A DNA stretch of 64,000 nt from Bacillota bacterium. Its GTDB lineage: Bacteria; Bacillota; Dethiobacteria; DTU022. The notes below the pieces were generated by a model. It worked only from the letters and a program-made list of their open reading frames with translations, was not told the origin of the DNA and ran no database searches. This document shows, piece after piece, positions 27,135 through 36,475 of the stretch. Within the stretch, counting starts at the first letter, position 1, and every line of letters starts with the position of its first letter. Location: assembly GCA_051748565.1 (NCBI GenBank), contig JBNJHN010000003.1, positions 9,596 through 73,595 on the forward strand. Direction: 5' to 3'. Both the position numbers and the translations under genes were made by a program.

Positions 27135-28865
27135 TTAAATAGGAATACTTACATTTATCTTTGTTCCCTTGCCGGGGCCGCTGTGGATGTTGCAAACTCC
27201 TCCCAGCATGAGGGCTCTTTCCTGTATGCTGGCCAGACCCAGGCGATTCTGTAGTTGCGGTGTTTCGGCAAATACTGTATTGATTCCGGTACCATTGTCC
27301 TCAATTGACAGATTTACTTCTGCATCTTCTATATCCAGCCGGACCTTTACTTTTGTAGCATCGGCATGCTTGATTACATTGGTCAGCGCTTCCTGTAATA
27401 TCCTGAATAATGTAACTTCAATATTTGAAGCCAGCCGCTGTTTTTCACCTTTAACTTCCAGTTCTATAGGAAGATCGTTCTTTTCAGAAATATTATAAAC
27501 ATGGGCTTCAACAGCAGGAATTAAGCCATAATTATCAAGAATAATCGGGCGAAGATCGTAAAGTATTCTTCTCACTTCTTGGATCTGTTCACTGAGGACA
27601 TTTGTAACATCGGTGATCTCACTATGCCATTTCTGTGATTCCACCGCTTCAGTGGATGCGATTCTCTGCAGTCGGTACCAAATGGCTATAAGAGATTGTA
27701 TAATACCGTCATGCAGATCGGCAGCCAGACGCTTGCGTTCGTCTTCCTGAGCAGTTGTCAGCTTATTTACCAGCTGGTGTAAAAGCTGTTCTTTTTGACC
27801 CAGGGTTTCAATTAGCCCGGCATTTTCCATTGCTACCGCAGCAGCCCGGGCGATTGCGAATATGATTTCGATCTCATCACTTTCAAAACCACCCGATTCC
27901 AGCAGGCGATCTGTCTGCATAATACCAATAGTTTTCCCTTTGCTTAAAATCGGAACCAGCAGGACCCAGCTGTAAGCGAAATCATCGATAATTTCCCGGG
28001 GTAGCTGCCTGGTTATATTTTGTGGGGTAATGATCACCGGCTGTTCTGTTTTAATTGCCCGCTTAATGCCCGGGAACAGCTTTGCGCCTTTCAATGCTTT
28101 AAACTTTTTTTTCAAGTCAGGATCGTAGCTCCCCACTGCGACAGCAGGAATAAGGGTCTGGTCTTCTTCGTTTAGCAGGTATATGCAGCTCCTTGCCGAA
28201 AACAGGTCTGCTGTTAACTGGGTAACAATATGCAGCACCTGCCTTATATCCAGTGTGGAGCTGATCGTGTTTACCAGCTCCAGCCAGACGGCAAGCTTTC
28301 TCAGATGGCGATCTTTTTGTCTCCGGAAAAGTGATTCCTGGATTATATCGGCCATATGCCTGCCCAGGGAAACGGCTTTTGCCAGCATATATTGTCCGCT
28401 CTGGTAGTCAGTATTGAATATACCGATTTCCATTGTTCCAACAGGATCGCCGGCTTTTAAAAGAACCGGTAAGGTGGTTGATATCACCGGAGAAAGTGAC
28501 TCCAGCAATTTTTTATTTTGCCTGTTCTCTGCAATTGATAAGTAATCACTTAATTGGGAACAGCGATTTTCATAAGCTTCAACTTCAGAAGCTGTTCTCT
28601 CCCCATCCCTGGAAGCGTGCCAGCAGACCAGGTCTTTGCCGTCCCGAACCAGCATCAGGCTGGCCTGACAGAAATCAAAATAATCAACAGAGGTTTGCAG
28701 GATATTCTGAAGAGAAGTTCTTACTTCCTTTACAGCATTAAAGTTGGGGCTGACACGACAAATTAGGATTAACTCCGGTTTTAACTTCGGGGCAGATAAA
28801 TGGTCCGGCAATTGTTTACCACCTTTTCCAGCAGTTTGCAGTTCCTCGGGAATCTGTTTGTTCAA
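27135..28865 (-). CDS. Sensor histidine kinase with tandem GAF domains, HisKA_3 (H-box LHDGIIQSL) and HATPase_c; cytoplasmic
   Basis: 576 aa with no TM segments. Of the NarX/DegS-type kinase families that pair with LuxR regulators. Confidence 0.8.
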   Translation of the reverse strand: MNKQIPEELQTAGKGGKQLPDHLSAPKLKPELILICRVSPNFNAVKEVRTSLQNILQTSVDYFDFCQASLMLVRDGKDLVCWHASRDGERTASEVEAYENRCSQLSDYLSIAENRQNKKLLESLSPVISTTLPVLLKAGDPVGTMEIGIFNTDYQSGQYMLAKAVSLGRHMADIIQESLFRRQKDRHLRKLAVWLELVNTISSTLDIRQVLHIVTQLTADLFSARSCIYLLNEEDQTLIPAVAVGSYDPDLKKKFKALKGAKLFPGIKRAIKTEQPVIITPQNITRQLPREIIDDFAYSWVLLVPILSKGKTIGIMQTDRLLESGGFESDEIEIIFAIARAAAVAMENAGLIETLGQKEQLLHQLVNKLTTAQEDERKRLAADLHDGIIQSLIAIWYRLQRIASTEAVESQKWHSEITDVTNVLSEQIQEVRRILYDLRPIILDNYGLIPAVEAHVYNISEKNDLPIELEVKGEKQRLASNIEVTLFRILQEALTNVIKHADATKVKVRLDIEDAEVNLSIEDNGTGINTVFAETPQLQNRLGLASIQERALMLGGVCNIHSGPGKGTKINVSIPI

Positions 28866-28916
28866 TTTTATCTTTTACCTGTGATAACGTCAACACAGGC
28901 GTTTCAAAGTATTCAT

Positions 28917-29013
28917 CCGAAGGTGTTAGCTCTGATTTCACTCTTTTTAACCTTCATTCCATGCTTTTAAGGGATTTTTTTATTGACACTCTTTGATTAA
29001 GCTTAAAGTAAGG
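28917..29013 (+). repeat. Copy A of the conserved ~100-nt intergenic element (candidate shared promoter/operator), between the divergent TCS and methyltransferase operons
   Basis: ccgaaggtgttagctctgatttcactctttttaaccttcattccatgcttttaagggatttttttattgacactctttgattaagcttaaagtaagg is roughly 80-85 % identical to 45853-45950. Contains TTGACA. Confidence 0.5.
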
Positions 29014-29120
29014 ATCTATGTCTTTCAATTTTAAAACTGGCCAGGCGTAGCTTTCAGTCTGACCTCCTTTTACATTACCACAAATAACTTGGCTGTCGAA
29101 AGACGGGTGCGATGAACTAA

Positions 29121-29915
29121 ATGGCTTTTTTGAAAACAGATGAAATAATGAGTTACCACTCATTTGAATGGCATAACCATATTGATGACCTCATCTTTGG
29201 GCCTGGTAGAAGAGAATTAGACCTACTGAGAGGTTTTTTATCCCATTATCCTGTCAAGTCGGTGCTTGACGTTGCCTGTGGAGACGGTGATATTGCGATC
29301 ATGCTTGCCGGACTGGGGAAGAGGGTTACTGTTTTGGATCAAGATTATGCGCGGCTTAAAAGTATTCATTTAAAAAGTATTTTAGCAGGAGTTCAACTCG
29401 AAGCTATCTGTGGTGATATGCGCGATCTCTCCAGTGTTTATAAAAGCAGGTGTAATTTGATTACCAGCTTGCGGAATTCGCTGCCCAGGTTAATAAATGA
29501 TACTGATATATGGGGGACACTGGCCCAGATGTACCTGGCGCTTGAATCTGAAGGTTTAATAGCAATTCAAATGTTTGATTATGATCGCCTTTATAAGGAA
29601 AATATTTATGATTTGAACCAGATTGATAGTTATTACAGTGAAATTGGAGTAAAAGTTTATTTTGAACATGGACGGGGAAAATCAGACGCTAAATTCATAT
29701 TTGATATATCTGGTCAACATTTTCCGGAAAAGAAGATCGAGAAGATTATTTTTCCGGTAAGGCCGATTTTTCAAAATGAGCTGGATATGTGGCTTGCCGA
29801 ACTTGGTTTTAAAAAGATTGAAAATTTCGGTAAACTAACCGATAATTATCACAAAGGGGATGCCTGGCAGAATTTTACGATAGCATTCCGGCCGGGCTCT
29901 TCAGATGATCATTAA
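29121..29915 (+). CDS. Class I SAM-dependent methyltransferase
   Basis: VLDVACGDGDIAIMLA motif I. The start is uncertain (29121 or 29148). Confidence 0.65.
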   Translation: MAFLKTDEIMSYHSFEWHNHIDDLIFGPGRRELDLLRGFLSHYPVKSVLDVACGDGDIAIMLAGLGKRVTVLDQDYARLKSIHLKSILAGVQLEAICGDMRDLSSVYKSRCNLITSLRNSLPRLINDTDIWGTLAQMYLALESEGLIAIQMFDYDRLYKENIYDLNQIDSYYSEIGVKVYFEHGRGKSDAKFIFDISGQHFPEKKIEKIIFPVRPIFQNELDMWLAELGFKKIENFGKLTDNYHKGDAWQNFTIAFRPGSSDDH

Positions 29916-29928
29916 AGGAGGGGTTGGC

Positions 29929-30675
29929 ATGCGTTTGCAGGATAAGGTTGTCATTATTACCGGGGCCAGCAAAGGAATAGGTGAAGCGGTTTCGCTGGCA
30001 TTGGCCCGTGAAGGTGCAAATCTGGTTTTGGTCAGCCGAAGCATAAAAGAAGACGATCAGGTTGTCCGGGAAGCAAAAAAAGCAGGAAGTCAGGTTATGG
30101 TTAAACAGGTTGATGTCGGAGAATATAACCAGGTGACCGGGATGGTTGAAGAAGCGATAGAAAAATTTGGCAAAATTGATGCACTTTTTAATAATGCCGG
30201 AATCAGCAAGCCGGCTATGCTTTGGAAAATGACACCCGAACAGTGGGAAGAGGTGCTCAGGATAAACCTTTCCGGCACTTTTTTCTGTATTCAGGCGGTA
30301 TCGAAGCAGATGATTGAGCAGCAATCAGGTTCGATTATCAACGTAACATCCTCTGCAGGCCTGCTGGGAACGATAGGACAGATTAATTATACAGCGGCAA
30401 AGGGAGGGGTTTATGCGATGACCAAATCTGCTGCCAAGGAACTGGCCCGTTACCAAATCAGGGTCAACACGATCGCACCGATGGCAGAAACTGAAATGAC
30501 ACAGGTTATTGCCAGTGATCCCAAATTTAAAGCAAAATACCTGGAGCGAATACCACTGGGCCGCTTTGGTCTTCCTGAAGAAATAGCCCCGATTGTTGTT
30601 TTTTTAGTCTCAGATGAATCAAGTTATATTACTGGTCAGACAATTTGTATTGACGGTGGTTTGGTTATGCCTTAA
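29929..30675 (+). CDS. SDR-family oxidoreductase (3-oxoacyl-ACP reductase-like)
   Basis: TGASKGIGEA, NNAG, and the S...YxxxK triad. The ATG at 29929 lies 5 nt after AAAGGAGGGG. Confidence 0.85.
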   Translation: MRLQDKVVIITGASKGIGEAVSLALAREGANLVLVSRSIKEDDQVVREAKKAGSQVMVKQVDVGEYNQVTGMVEEAIEKFGKIDALFNNAGISKPAMLWKMTPEQWEEVLRINLSGTFFCIQAVSKQMIEQQSGSIINVTSSAGLLGTIGQINYTAAKGGVYAMTKSAAKELARYQIRVNTIAPMAETEMTQVIASDPKFKAKYLERIPLGRFGLPEEIAPIVVFLVSDESSYITGQTICIDGGLVMP

Positions 30676-30701
30676 GCTTATACCTAATTTTGTAAAGGAG
30701 G

Positions 30702-31862
30702 ATGATTATGCCTAAAGATGTCGCGATTATCGGGGTGGGGCAAAGTGCTTTTGTCAGAGGTTACGAAGGCTCGATCAGGGAGCTTTCTTTTGAAGCTTAC
30801 AGAGAAGCAATGCAGGATGCCGGAATTACTGCTGCAGAGGTGGATGCCTCTCTTGTTTGCTCTGCTCCGGAGTATGACAAGCAGCGCAGCCCTTCAGGTC
30901 TGATTGCAGAATACCTGGGGCTGAATCCGCAGCCCACTTTTGCCATTGAAAGTGTCTGCTCTTCCAGTACAACCGGAATCAGAACAGCATATGCTCTGAT
31001 TAAAAGTGGGCTGCACGATGTTGTCGTGGTGATCGGTTTTCAAAAAATGTCGGAGATTACATCCGCAGACTCACAGGAACGAATGGGTCGCGGTGCCGAT
31101 ATTATGTGGGAATCTCCTTTTGGCACGACCATGCCGGCTTATTATGCAATGCATGCGCGTGCGCATTTTGATACTTATGGCAGTACGGAGAAAGATCTTG
31201 CCCTGATCAGAGTAAAGGCAGCGAAGTATGGGCAGCTGAATGAAAAAGCGGTTTATCGAAAGGATCTTGAACTGGATCAGGTTTTAAATTCGGATTATGT
31301 GACAACTCCATTAAAAAGATTTGACTGCTGTGCTAATGCCGACGGATCTTCCTGTATTGTTTTAGCTTCCGCAGAAAAAGCAAAAGAGATTTCTACAAGA
31401 CCTGTATGGATTCTCGGACTTGGTTCGGCCACCGCTTCTTTAAGCATGACCGGCCGGGAAGCATATGACGGCCTGGAAAGCGTCCGTATGGCTGCCCGCC
31501 AGGCTTATGAAATGGCCTCACTTGAACCTTCTGATATAGATGTGGCCGAAGTACACGACTGCTTTACAATTGCTGAACTGATGGCTTATGAAAACCTCGG
31601 ATTTGCCGAACCCGGAAGGGGTGTAGAACTAATTCGAGATGGGGAGACATATCTTGAGGGTAAAATTCCTGTAAATGTAGACGGTGGGCTTTTATCAAAG
31701 GGACATCCGATTGGTGCTACCGGAGGATCTCAGGTTAGGACTATTGTGCAGCAGCTGCGTGGTGAAGCCGGAGAGATCCAGGTGCCAGGGGCAGAAACAG
31801 GGCTTGTTCATAATGTTGGTGGAGTAGGGATATATGGAAATGTAATCATTCTGGGAAGCTGA
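30702..31862 (+). CDS. SCP2/SCP-x-type thiolase-like protein
   Basis: 386 aa thiolase fold of the type that usually partners with a DUF35 OB-fold protein. Confidence 0.75.
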   Translation: MIMPKDVAIIGVGQSAFVRGYEGSIRELSFEAYREAMQDAGITAAEVDASLVCSAPEYDKQRSPSGLIAEYLGLNPQPTFAIESVCSSSTTGIRTAYALIKSGLHDVVVVIGFQKMSEITSADSQERMGRGADIMWESPFGTTMPAYYAMHARAHFDTYGSTEKDLALIRVKAAKYGQLNEKAVYRKDLELDQVLNSDYVTTPLKRFDCCANADGSSCIVLASAEKAKEISTRPVWILGLGSATASLSMTGREAYDGLESVRMAARQAYEMASLEPSDIDVAEVHDCFTIAELMAYENLGFAEPGRGVELIRDGETYLEGKIPVNVDGGLLSKGHPIGATGGSQVRTIVQQLRGEAGEIQVPGAETGLVHNVGGVGIYGNVIILGS

Positions 31863-31878
31863 AAGGAGTAATGTCCAG

Positions 31879-32724
31879 TTGCGGTCACCAGTGATTGATT
31901 TTCATATTCACCCTATCTTTTATGATCAATTTTATGTTGAAAGTGCTTTGAACTGGATAAAGGAAATGCACGCAGATAAAGATTGGGATCAATTTTACCG
32001 GGAATTTTCTGATCCGGATTACTTTCTGAGCTACCTGCAAGAAAACGGTGTAGATTGCGGAGTTATAATGGCTGACTTATGCCCGGCAGTAACCGGCATA
32101 TGTACAAATGAATATGTGCTTGAATTCTGTAAAGACAGGGAACCTCTGATCCCCTTTGCCAGCATCAACCCTTATCTGACCGTACATACTGGAAGAGAAT
32201 TGCAACGCCTGGCAGGAGAGGGTTTCCGTGGATTGAAACTCTATCCCACCTATCAGCATTATTTCCCCAATGAACGTTTTCTTTATCCCCTCTATGCAAA
32301 GGCAGAGGATCTACAAGTACCGCTGATGGTTCATACCGGTTCCTCTGTGTTTAAAGGAGCCAAACTAAAATATGGAGATCCGCTTTACCTGGATGAAGTG
32401 GCCGTTGATTTTCCAGATTTAAAAATTATCCTGGTCCATAGCGGCAGGGGATTCTGGTATGACAGCGCTTTTCTATTAACACGGTTACATGACAATATTT
32501 ACATGGAACTGGCCGGATTACCTCCGCATAAACTGCTGGATTACTTCCCTGAAATAGACAGGTTATCAGAAAAAATCTTGTTTGGCTCCGATTGGCCCGG
32601 TATAACTGATTTGAAAGGCAACATCGATGCGATCAGGCAGTTGCCTCTCGCTGAAGAAACAAAGAATAACATTTTAGGTGTCAATGCGGCCAAGCTTCTG
32701 AATCTAACGATAGAAAACCTGTAA
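31879..32724 (+). CDS. Amidohydrolase_2 (TIM-barrel metal-dependent hydrolase / ACMSD-like decarboxylase family)
   Basis: HxH at the N-terminus (DFHIHP), plus later His and Asp ligands. The TTG at 31879 lies 9 nt after AAAGGAG. Confidence 0.7.
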   Translation: MRSPVIDFHIHPIFYDQFYVESALNWIKEMHADKDWDQFYREFSDPDYFLSYLQENGVDCGVIMADLCPAVTGICTNEYVLEFCKDREPLIPFASINPYLTVHTGRELQRLAGEGFRGLKLYPTYQHYFPNERFLYPLYAKAEDLQVPLMVHTGSSVFKGAKLKYGDPLYLDEVAVDFPDLKIILVHSGRGFWYDSAFLLTRLHDNIYMELAGLPPHKLLDYFPEIDRLSEKILFGSDWPGITDLKGNIDAIRQLPLAEETKNNILGVNAAKLLNLTIENL

Positions 32725-33066
32725 AAAAGCAAGAGAACGGCAGTGTTTATAAAAGAAGGAATATTTTTTTCTTTGTGGAATTGGAAAAATTGAAACTTTT
32801 ACAGGGGAGGTGTTGGATCGGTAAATAATAAAGAATTTGTTTAGTATTTAAGCACTTTTATTTTACCGGTGAAATGGCAGGTTGGTAGAATGGTAGCATG
32901 GATGCCTCTAAGCTTTTTGTTGATCACCGCATGGTAATAAGGCAGCACGGTTGCTTATTGTTTAAACTGTGATTGGCCGGGCATGGCTGTTTGGTCGAAA
33001 TGCCTGCCTGAATAATTGTGAGCCCAGGCCCATGCAGTGTAAAAATAATGTGGAGGTGTCAACACA

Positions 33067-34092
33067 ATGGGTACTTTTAATCCCTTGAATATACTTGTTG
33101 CCTTGCAGCCCGGGCTGGGAAGCCCGGTTGAATACGAAGATTTAATCAAAGCACGATTTCCTGACAAAGTATCTAAAGGTGAGATCAGGGTTCGACTGAT
33201 CCAGGATGGTTCTGCCGCAGCTATCCCCGATGAATATCTCGATACGCATATTGTTGGTGCCGGGGTTGTTGTAGAGAGAGTCCCGGAGATGGATAACCTG
33301 CAATGGGTGATGACTTTCAGTGCAGGTATTGATCACTGGGAAAAATGGGGCAAACTTCCTTCTCATGTTCCTTTGACTCATCTTCCGGGTGGTTCAGGCA
33401 TTCCTATTTCAGAATTTGTGATCGGCTTGATGCTGAACCTTTCGAAAAAATTTAACCTGCTTTGGGATCAGCAAAAAGAAAGAAAATTTATTCGTGTCCG
33501 TGGGGAGGAGCTTTATGGAAAAACAATTGGCATAGTCGGTCTTGGCGGTATCGGTCGACAGATTGCCAAGCGGGCCAAAGCTTTTGATATGCGTGTAATT
33601 GGCTCTGATATCCAGGTTACGGAGATTCCCCATGTAGACGAGGTTTTCTTGAGTGATCAGGTGGATGAAGTAATCCGCCAGAGTGATTTTCTGGTACTTG
33701 CCTGCCCGGAGACCAGTGAAACCCGGGGAATGATGGATGAAAGAAGTTTCAAGTTAATGAAAAAAACAGCGTACCTGATAAACTGTGCCCGCGGTTCTCT
33801 GATCGTAAAAGAAGATTTCATCAAAGCGTTGAACGAAGGTTGGATTGCCGGGGCAGCTAATGACACCCATTGGATCAAAAAACCGCTTCCCTCATACCTT
33901 CCTGAAGATGATGAACTTTGGGCATGTAAGAACATACTGATCACACCTCATATTTCCAGCTGGTCTGATCTGTACGCCCCCAGGTTCGGCGGCCTTTTTG
34001 TAAATAATATCGAACGCTTTCTTGATGGAAAACCTCTGACCCATGTTGCGCCCGGATTTGAGGGTGATCCGCAGTGGTTGAAAAATATATAA
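33067..34092 (+). CDS. D-isomer-specific 2-hydroxyacid dehydrogenase (NAD-binding)
   Basis: GIVGLGGIGRQIAKRA Rossmann motif and the catalytic R/E/H arrangement of the D-2-HDH family. Confidence 0.8.
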   Translation: MGTFNPLNILVALQPGLGSPVEYEDLIKARFPDKVSKGEIRVRLIQDGSAAAIPDEYLDTHIVGAGVVVERVPEMDNLQWVMTFSAGIDHWEKWGKLPSHVPLTHLPGGSGIPISEFVIGLMLNLSKKFNLLWDQQKERKFIRVRGEELYGKTIGIVGLGGIGRQIAKRAKAFDMRVIGSDIQVTEIPHVDEVFLSDQVDEVIRQSDFLVLACPETSETRGMMDERSFKLMKKTAYLINCARGSLIVKEDFIKALNEGWIAGAANDTHWIKKPLPSYLPEDDELWACKNILITPHISSWSDLYAPRFGGLFVNNIERFLDGKPLTHVAPGFEGDPQWLKNI

Positions 34093-34110
34093 ATTAAAAG
34101 GAGATTTCTT

Positions 34111-35256
34111 TTGGATCTAACCAAACTAATAGAACCTTTCGAAAATGCGCTTATTGATCCGACAGAAGAGATCAGACAGTGGAAGAGAGAAAAAGGGAGT
34201 AAGGCAGTCGGTTTTTTAATGGCCGATGTTCCCGAGGAGTTAATTCATGCCGCAGGATTTCTACCTTATGGAATCACCGGCGGAAATGCCGAGATGGAGC
34301 TGGCTGAAACACACCTGCAGCCCTGGGTCTGCTCTTACGTTCGTAATTCTCTCTCTCTTGCCCTTAGCGGAAAACTTGATTTCTTAGATGGTTTGATTAT
34401 CCCGCATACCTGTGATACAACGCGTATGCTGCTTGATTTATGGAAGCATGTCCGGCCCTTTCCCTACATGGAAGATTATCGCCTGCCGCGGCAGGTTGAT
34501 CGCCCCAGCGCCGGAAATTATCTTATTAAAGAGTTGGAAAGAGTTAAATGTGGATTAGAGCAGTATGCAGGTGAATCAATCGGTCCGGACACCCTTAAAA
34601 AGAGTATAATTCTCTATAATCAAAACCGGGAACTTTTACGCAGGGTTTTCGATATCCATGCCCAGGATCCAGCTATAATCAGCAGCCGTGAAATATATAA
34701 ACTGATTAATGGTGCCATGGTTATGCCCAGGGAAAGGGTCAATAAGCTATTGAACCAGATAGTCGATATATTGGATGAATCAAACATTTGCGAAGCTAAC
34801 GGCAACTATTTGCGTCTATTATTATCAGGCACGTTGTTGGAACCCTTCGAAATACTGGATTTAATTGACAGTTGCGGGGGCGCTGTAATCGGAGACGATT
34901 TTCAAAATGGTTATCGATATATCGAAACTGATGTCCTGGTCAGGGATGATATAATGGGGGCCTTTGCCGAGCGGCAGCTGAATCGCATTCCGTCTGCAGC
35001 ATTTGATATAAAGGAGAGGCCTAGAAGGGAATTTTTGGCAGAGCTTGCTAAAGAGAAACATGCCAACGGTGTAATTTTTTTGCACCAGAGTTTTTGTGAG
35101 CCTGAAAACTTTGATTACTATGACAACTTACAGGCCATGAAAAACGCCGGTATCCCGGCCATACGGCTCGAAACTCAATTTGGTCGATCCTCCCTGGGAC
35201 AAATGCGCACCAGGATTCAGGCCTTCATGGAGATGCTCGGGGGTGCAAGCCAATGA
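34111..35256 (+). CDS. 2-hydroxyacyl-CoA dehydratase / benzoyl-CoA reductase BcrC-BadD-HgdB-family subunit
   Basis: 381 aa, HGD-D family, with conserved Cys residues. Translationally coupled to the next paralog. Confidence 0.75.
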   Translation: MDLTKLIEPFENALIDPTEEIRQWKREKGSKAVGFLMADVPEELIHAAGFLPYGITGGNAEMELAETHLQPWVCSYVRNSLSLALSGKLDFLDGLIIPHTCDTTRMLLDLWKHVRPFPYMEDYRLPRQVDRPSAGNYLIKELERVKCGLEQYAGESIGPDTLKKSIILYNQNRELLRRVFDIHAQDPAIISSREIYKLINGAMVMPRERVNKLLNQIVDILDESNICEANGNYLRLLLSGTLLEPFEILDLIDSCGGAVIGDDFQNGYRYIETDVLVRDDIMGAFAERQLNRIPSAAFDIKERPRREFLAELAKEKHANGVIFLHQSFCEPENFDYYDNLQAMKNAGIPAIRLETQFGRSSLGQMRTRIQAFMEMLGGASQ

Positions 35257-36449
35257 CCTCCGGAGTAGCTTTTAAAACTGCTGCACTGATGAAAGAAGTT
35301 ATGGCCCGCTATAACGAAGCCGGGAAAGATGCCAAGAACAGAGGCATTCCAGTGGCCTGGGTAACTGCAGTATTTCCAGTCGAGATTATCTATGCTGCCG
35401 GTCTATTTCCTTATTATCCGGAAAACTTTGGTGCTGTGGCCGCTGCCAGGAAAGTTGCCGATAAGTTATCTTCAGCCGCTGAAGCGAGGGGATATGCCCG
35501 GGACCTCTGCGGCTATGCCCGTTGCGGTATTGGTGATGCCTATGCTACTGAGCACCCGATCGGAGAAATATTAAAACCGGACCTAATATTCTGCTGTAAC
35601 ACCCAGTGCGGTAGCCTGCCGAAATGGTTCGAGGTGGCCGGACGATTTTATAATGTTCCTTATTTCTTACTGGATTCCCCGCGGGTGGGAATTGAAACAG
35701 ACCAACTCTGTAAGGGTTATTACGTGGAACAGCTTTATGAAATGATTGCTTTCATCGAGAAGTTTACCGGGAATCCTTTTGATTTTGACCGATTAACCGA
35801 GGTGCTCACGCTTTCCAACGAAGCCTGCCGCCTGTGGAATGAAATTTTAGGTACTGCTGCCCTGAAGCCTGCTCCCTTTGGATTTTTTGATGCCAGTTTT
35901 CATATGGCCCCTATTGTCACCATGCGCGGAACACAGGAAGCAGTTAATTATTACCGTGCTTTAAAAGAGGAAATTGATAAACGGATCGAAAAGGGTATAA
36001 CAGCCATTCCTGATGAACGTTACAAGATATATTTTGACCATATACCCTGCTGGCCTAAATTACGCTGGTTTTCAGAACTTTTTGCTTCACGTGGAGCCCT
36101 GGTCGCTGTTTCGCAATATACTCATTCCTGGGCATATTCATTTGACCTTGAATGTCCCATGGAAAGCCTGGCTGAAAGTTATACTCATGAATTTGTTAAC
36201 CGCTGTTTTGACTACCGGGTACAGAGAAAGATTGATTTTATGGAAAAATACGGGGTTGATGGGTTTGTATTATTTTCCAACCGAAGCTGTAAACCCAATG
36301 CTATCGGGCTTTATTCCAAAAGCAAATTGATCAGAGAAAAAACGGGGCTTCCCGGGGTGGTATTTGAAGCCGACATGTCAGACCTGCGTTTTTTTTCCGA
36401 AGCACAGGTGTTGGCTAAACTGGAATCATTTTTTGAGCAGTTAAAATAA
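35253..36449 (+). CDS. 2-hydroxyacyl-CoA dehydratase HgdA/BcrB-family subunit (paralogous partner)
   Basis: 398 aa, same family. Start overlaps the upstream stop (ATGA). Confidence 0.75.
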   Translation: MTSGVAFKTAALMKEVMARYNEAGKDAKNRGIPVAWVTAVFPVEIIYAAGLFPYYPENFGAVAAARKVADKLSSAAEARGYARDLCGYARCGIGDAYATEHPIGEILKPDLIFCCNTQCGSLPKWFEVAGRFYNVPYFLLDSPRVGIETDQLCKGYYVEQLYEMIAFIEKFTGNPFDFDRLTEVLTLSNEACRLWNEILGTAALKPAPFGFFDASFHMAPIVTMRGTQEAVNYYRALKEEIDKRIEKGITAIPDERYKIYFDHIPCWPKLRWFSELFASRGALVAVSQYTHSWAYSFDLECPMESLAESYTHEFVNRCFDYRVQRKIDFMEKYGVDGFVLFSNRSCKPNAIGLYSKSKLIREKTGLPGVVFEADMSDLRFFSEAQVLAKLESFFEQLK

Positions 36450-36475
36450 TATTGCATACACGAGGAGGATTAACT

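Noticed and set aside
26383-27195. Full-length 270-aa version of the response regulator ORF
   Set aside because: The first 32 codons overlap the kinase stop region and lack an RBS. The TTG at 27099 with GGAAGGAG gives a standard REC-domain N-terminus.
28866-29120. The repeated element as a MITE or IS remnant
   Set aside because: It has no terminal inverted repeats and no flanking direct repeats, and no transposase or integrase lies anywhere in the window. The strict orientation and placement upstream of operons favour a regulatory role.
32955-33167. 70-aa minus-strand ORF in the 32.7-33.1 kb gap
   Set aside because: It has no RBS and a low-complexity translation, so it is probably non-coding. 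The region is reported instead as a candidate ncRNA or leader.
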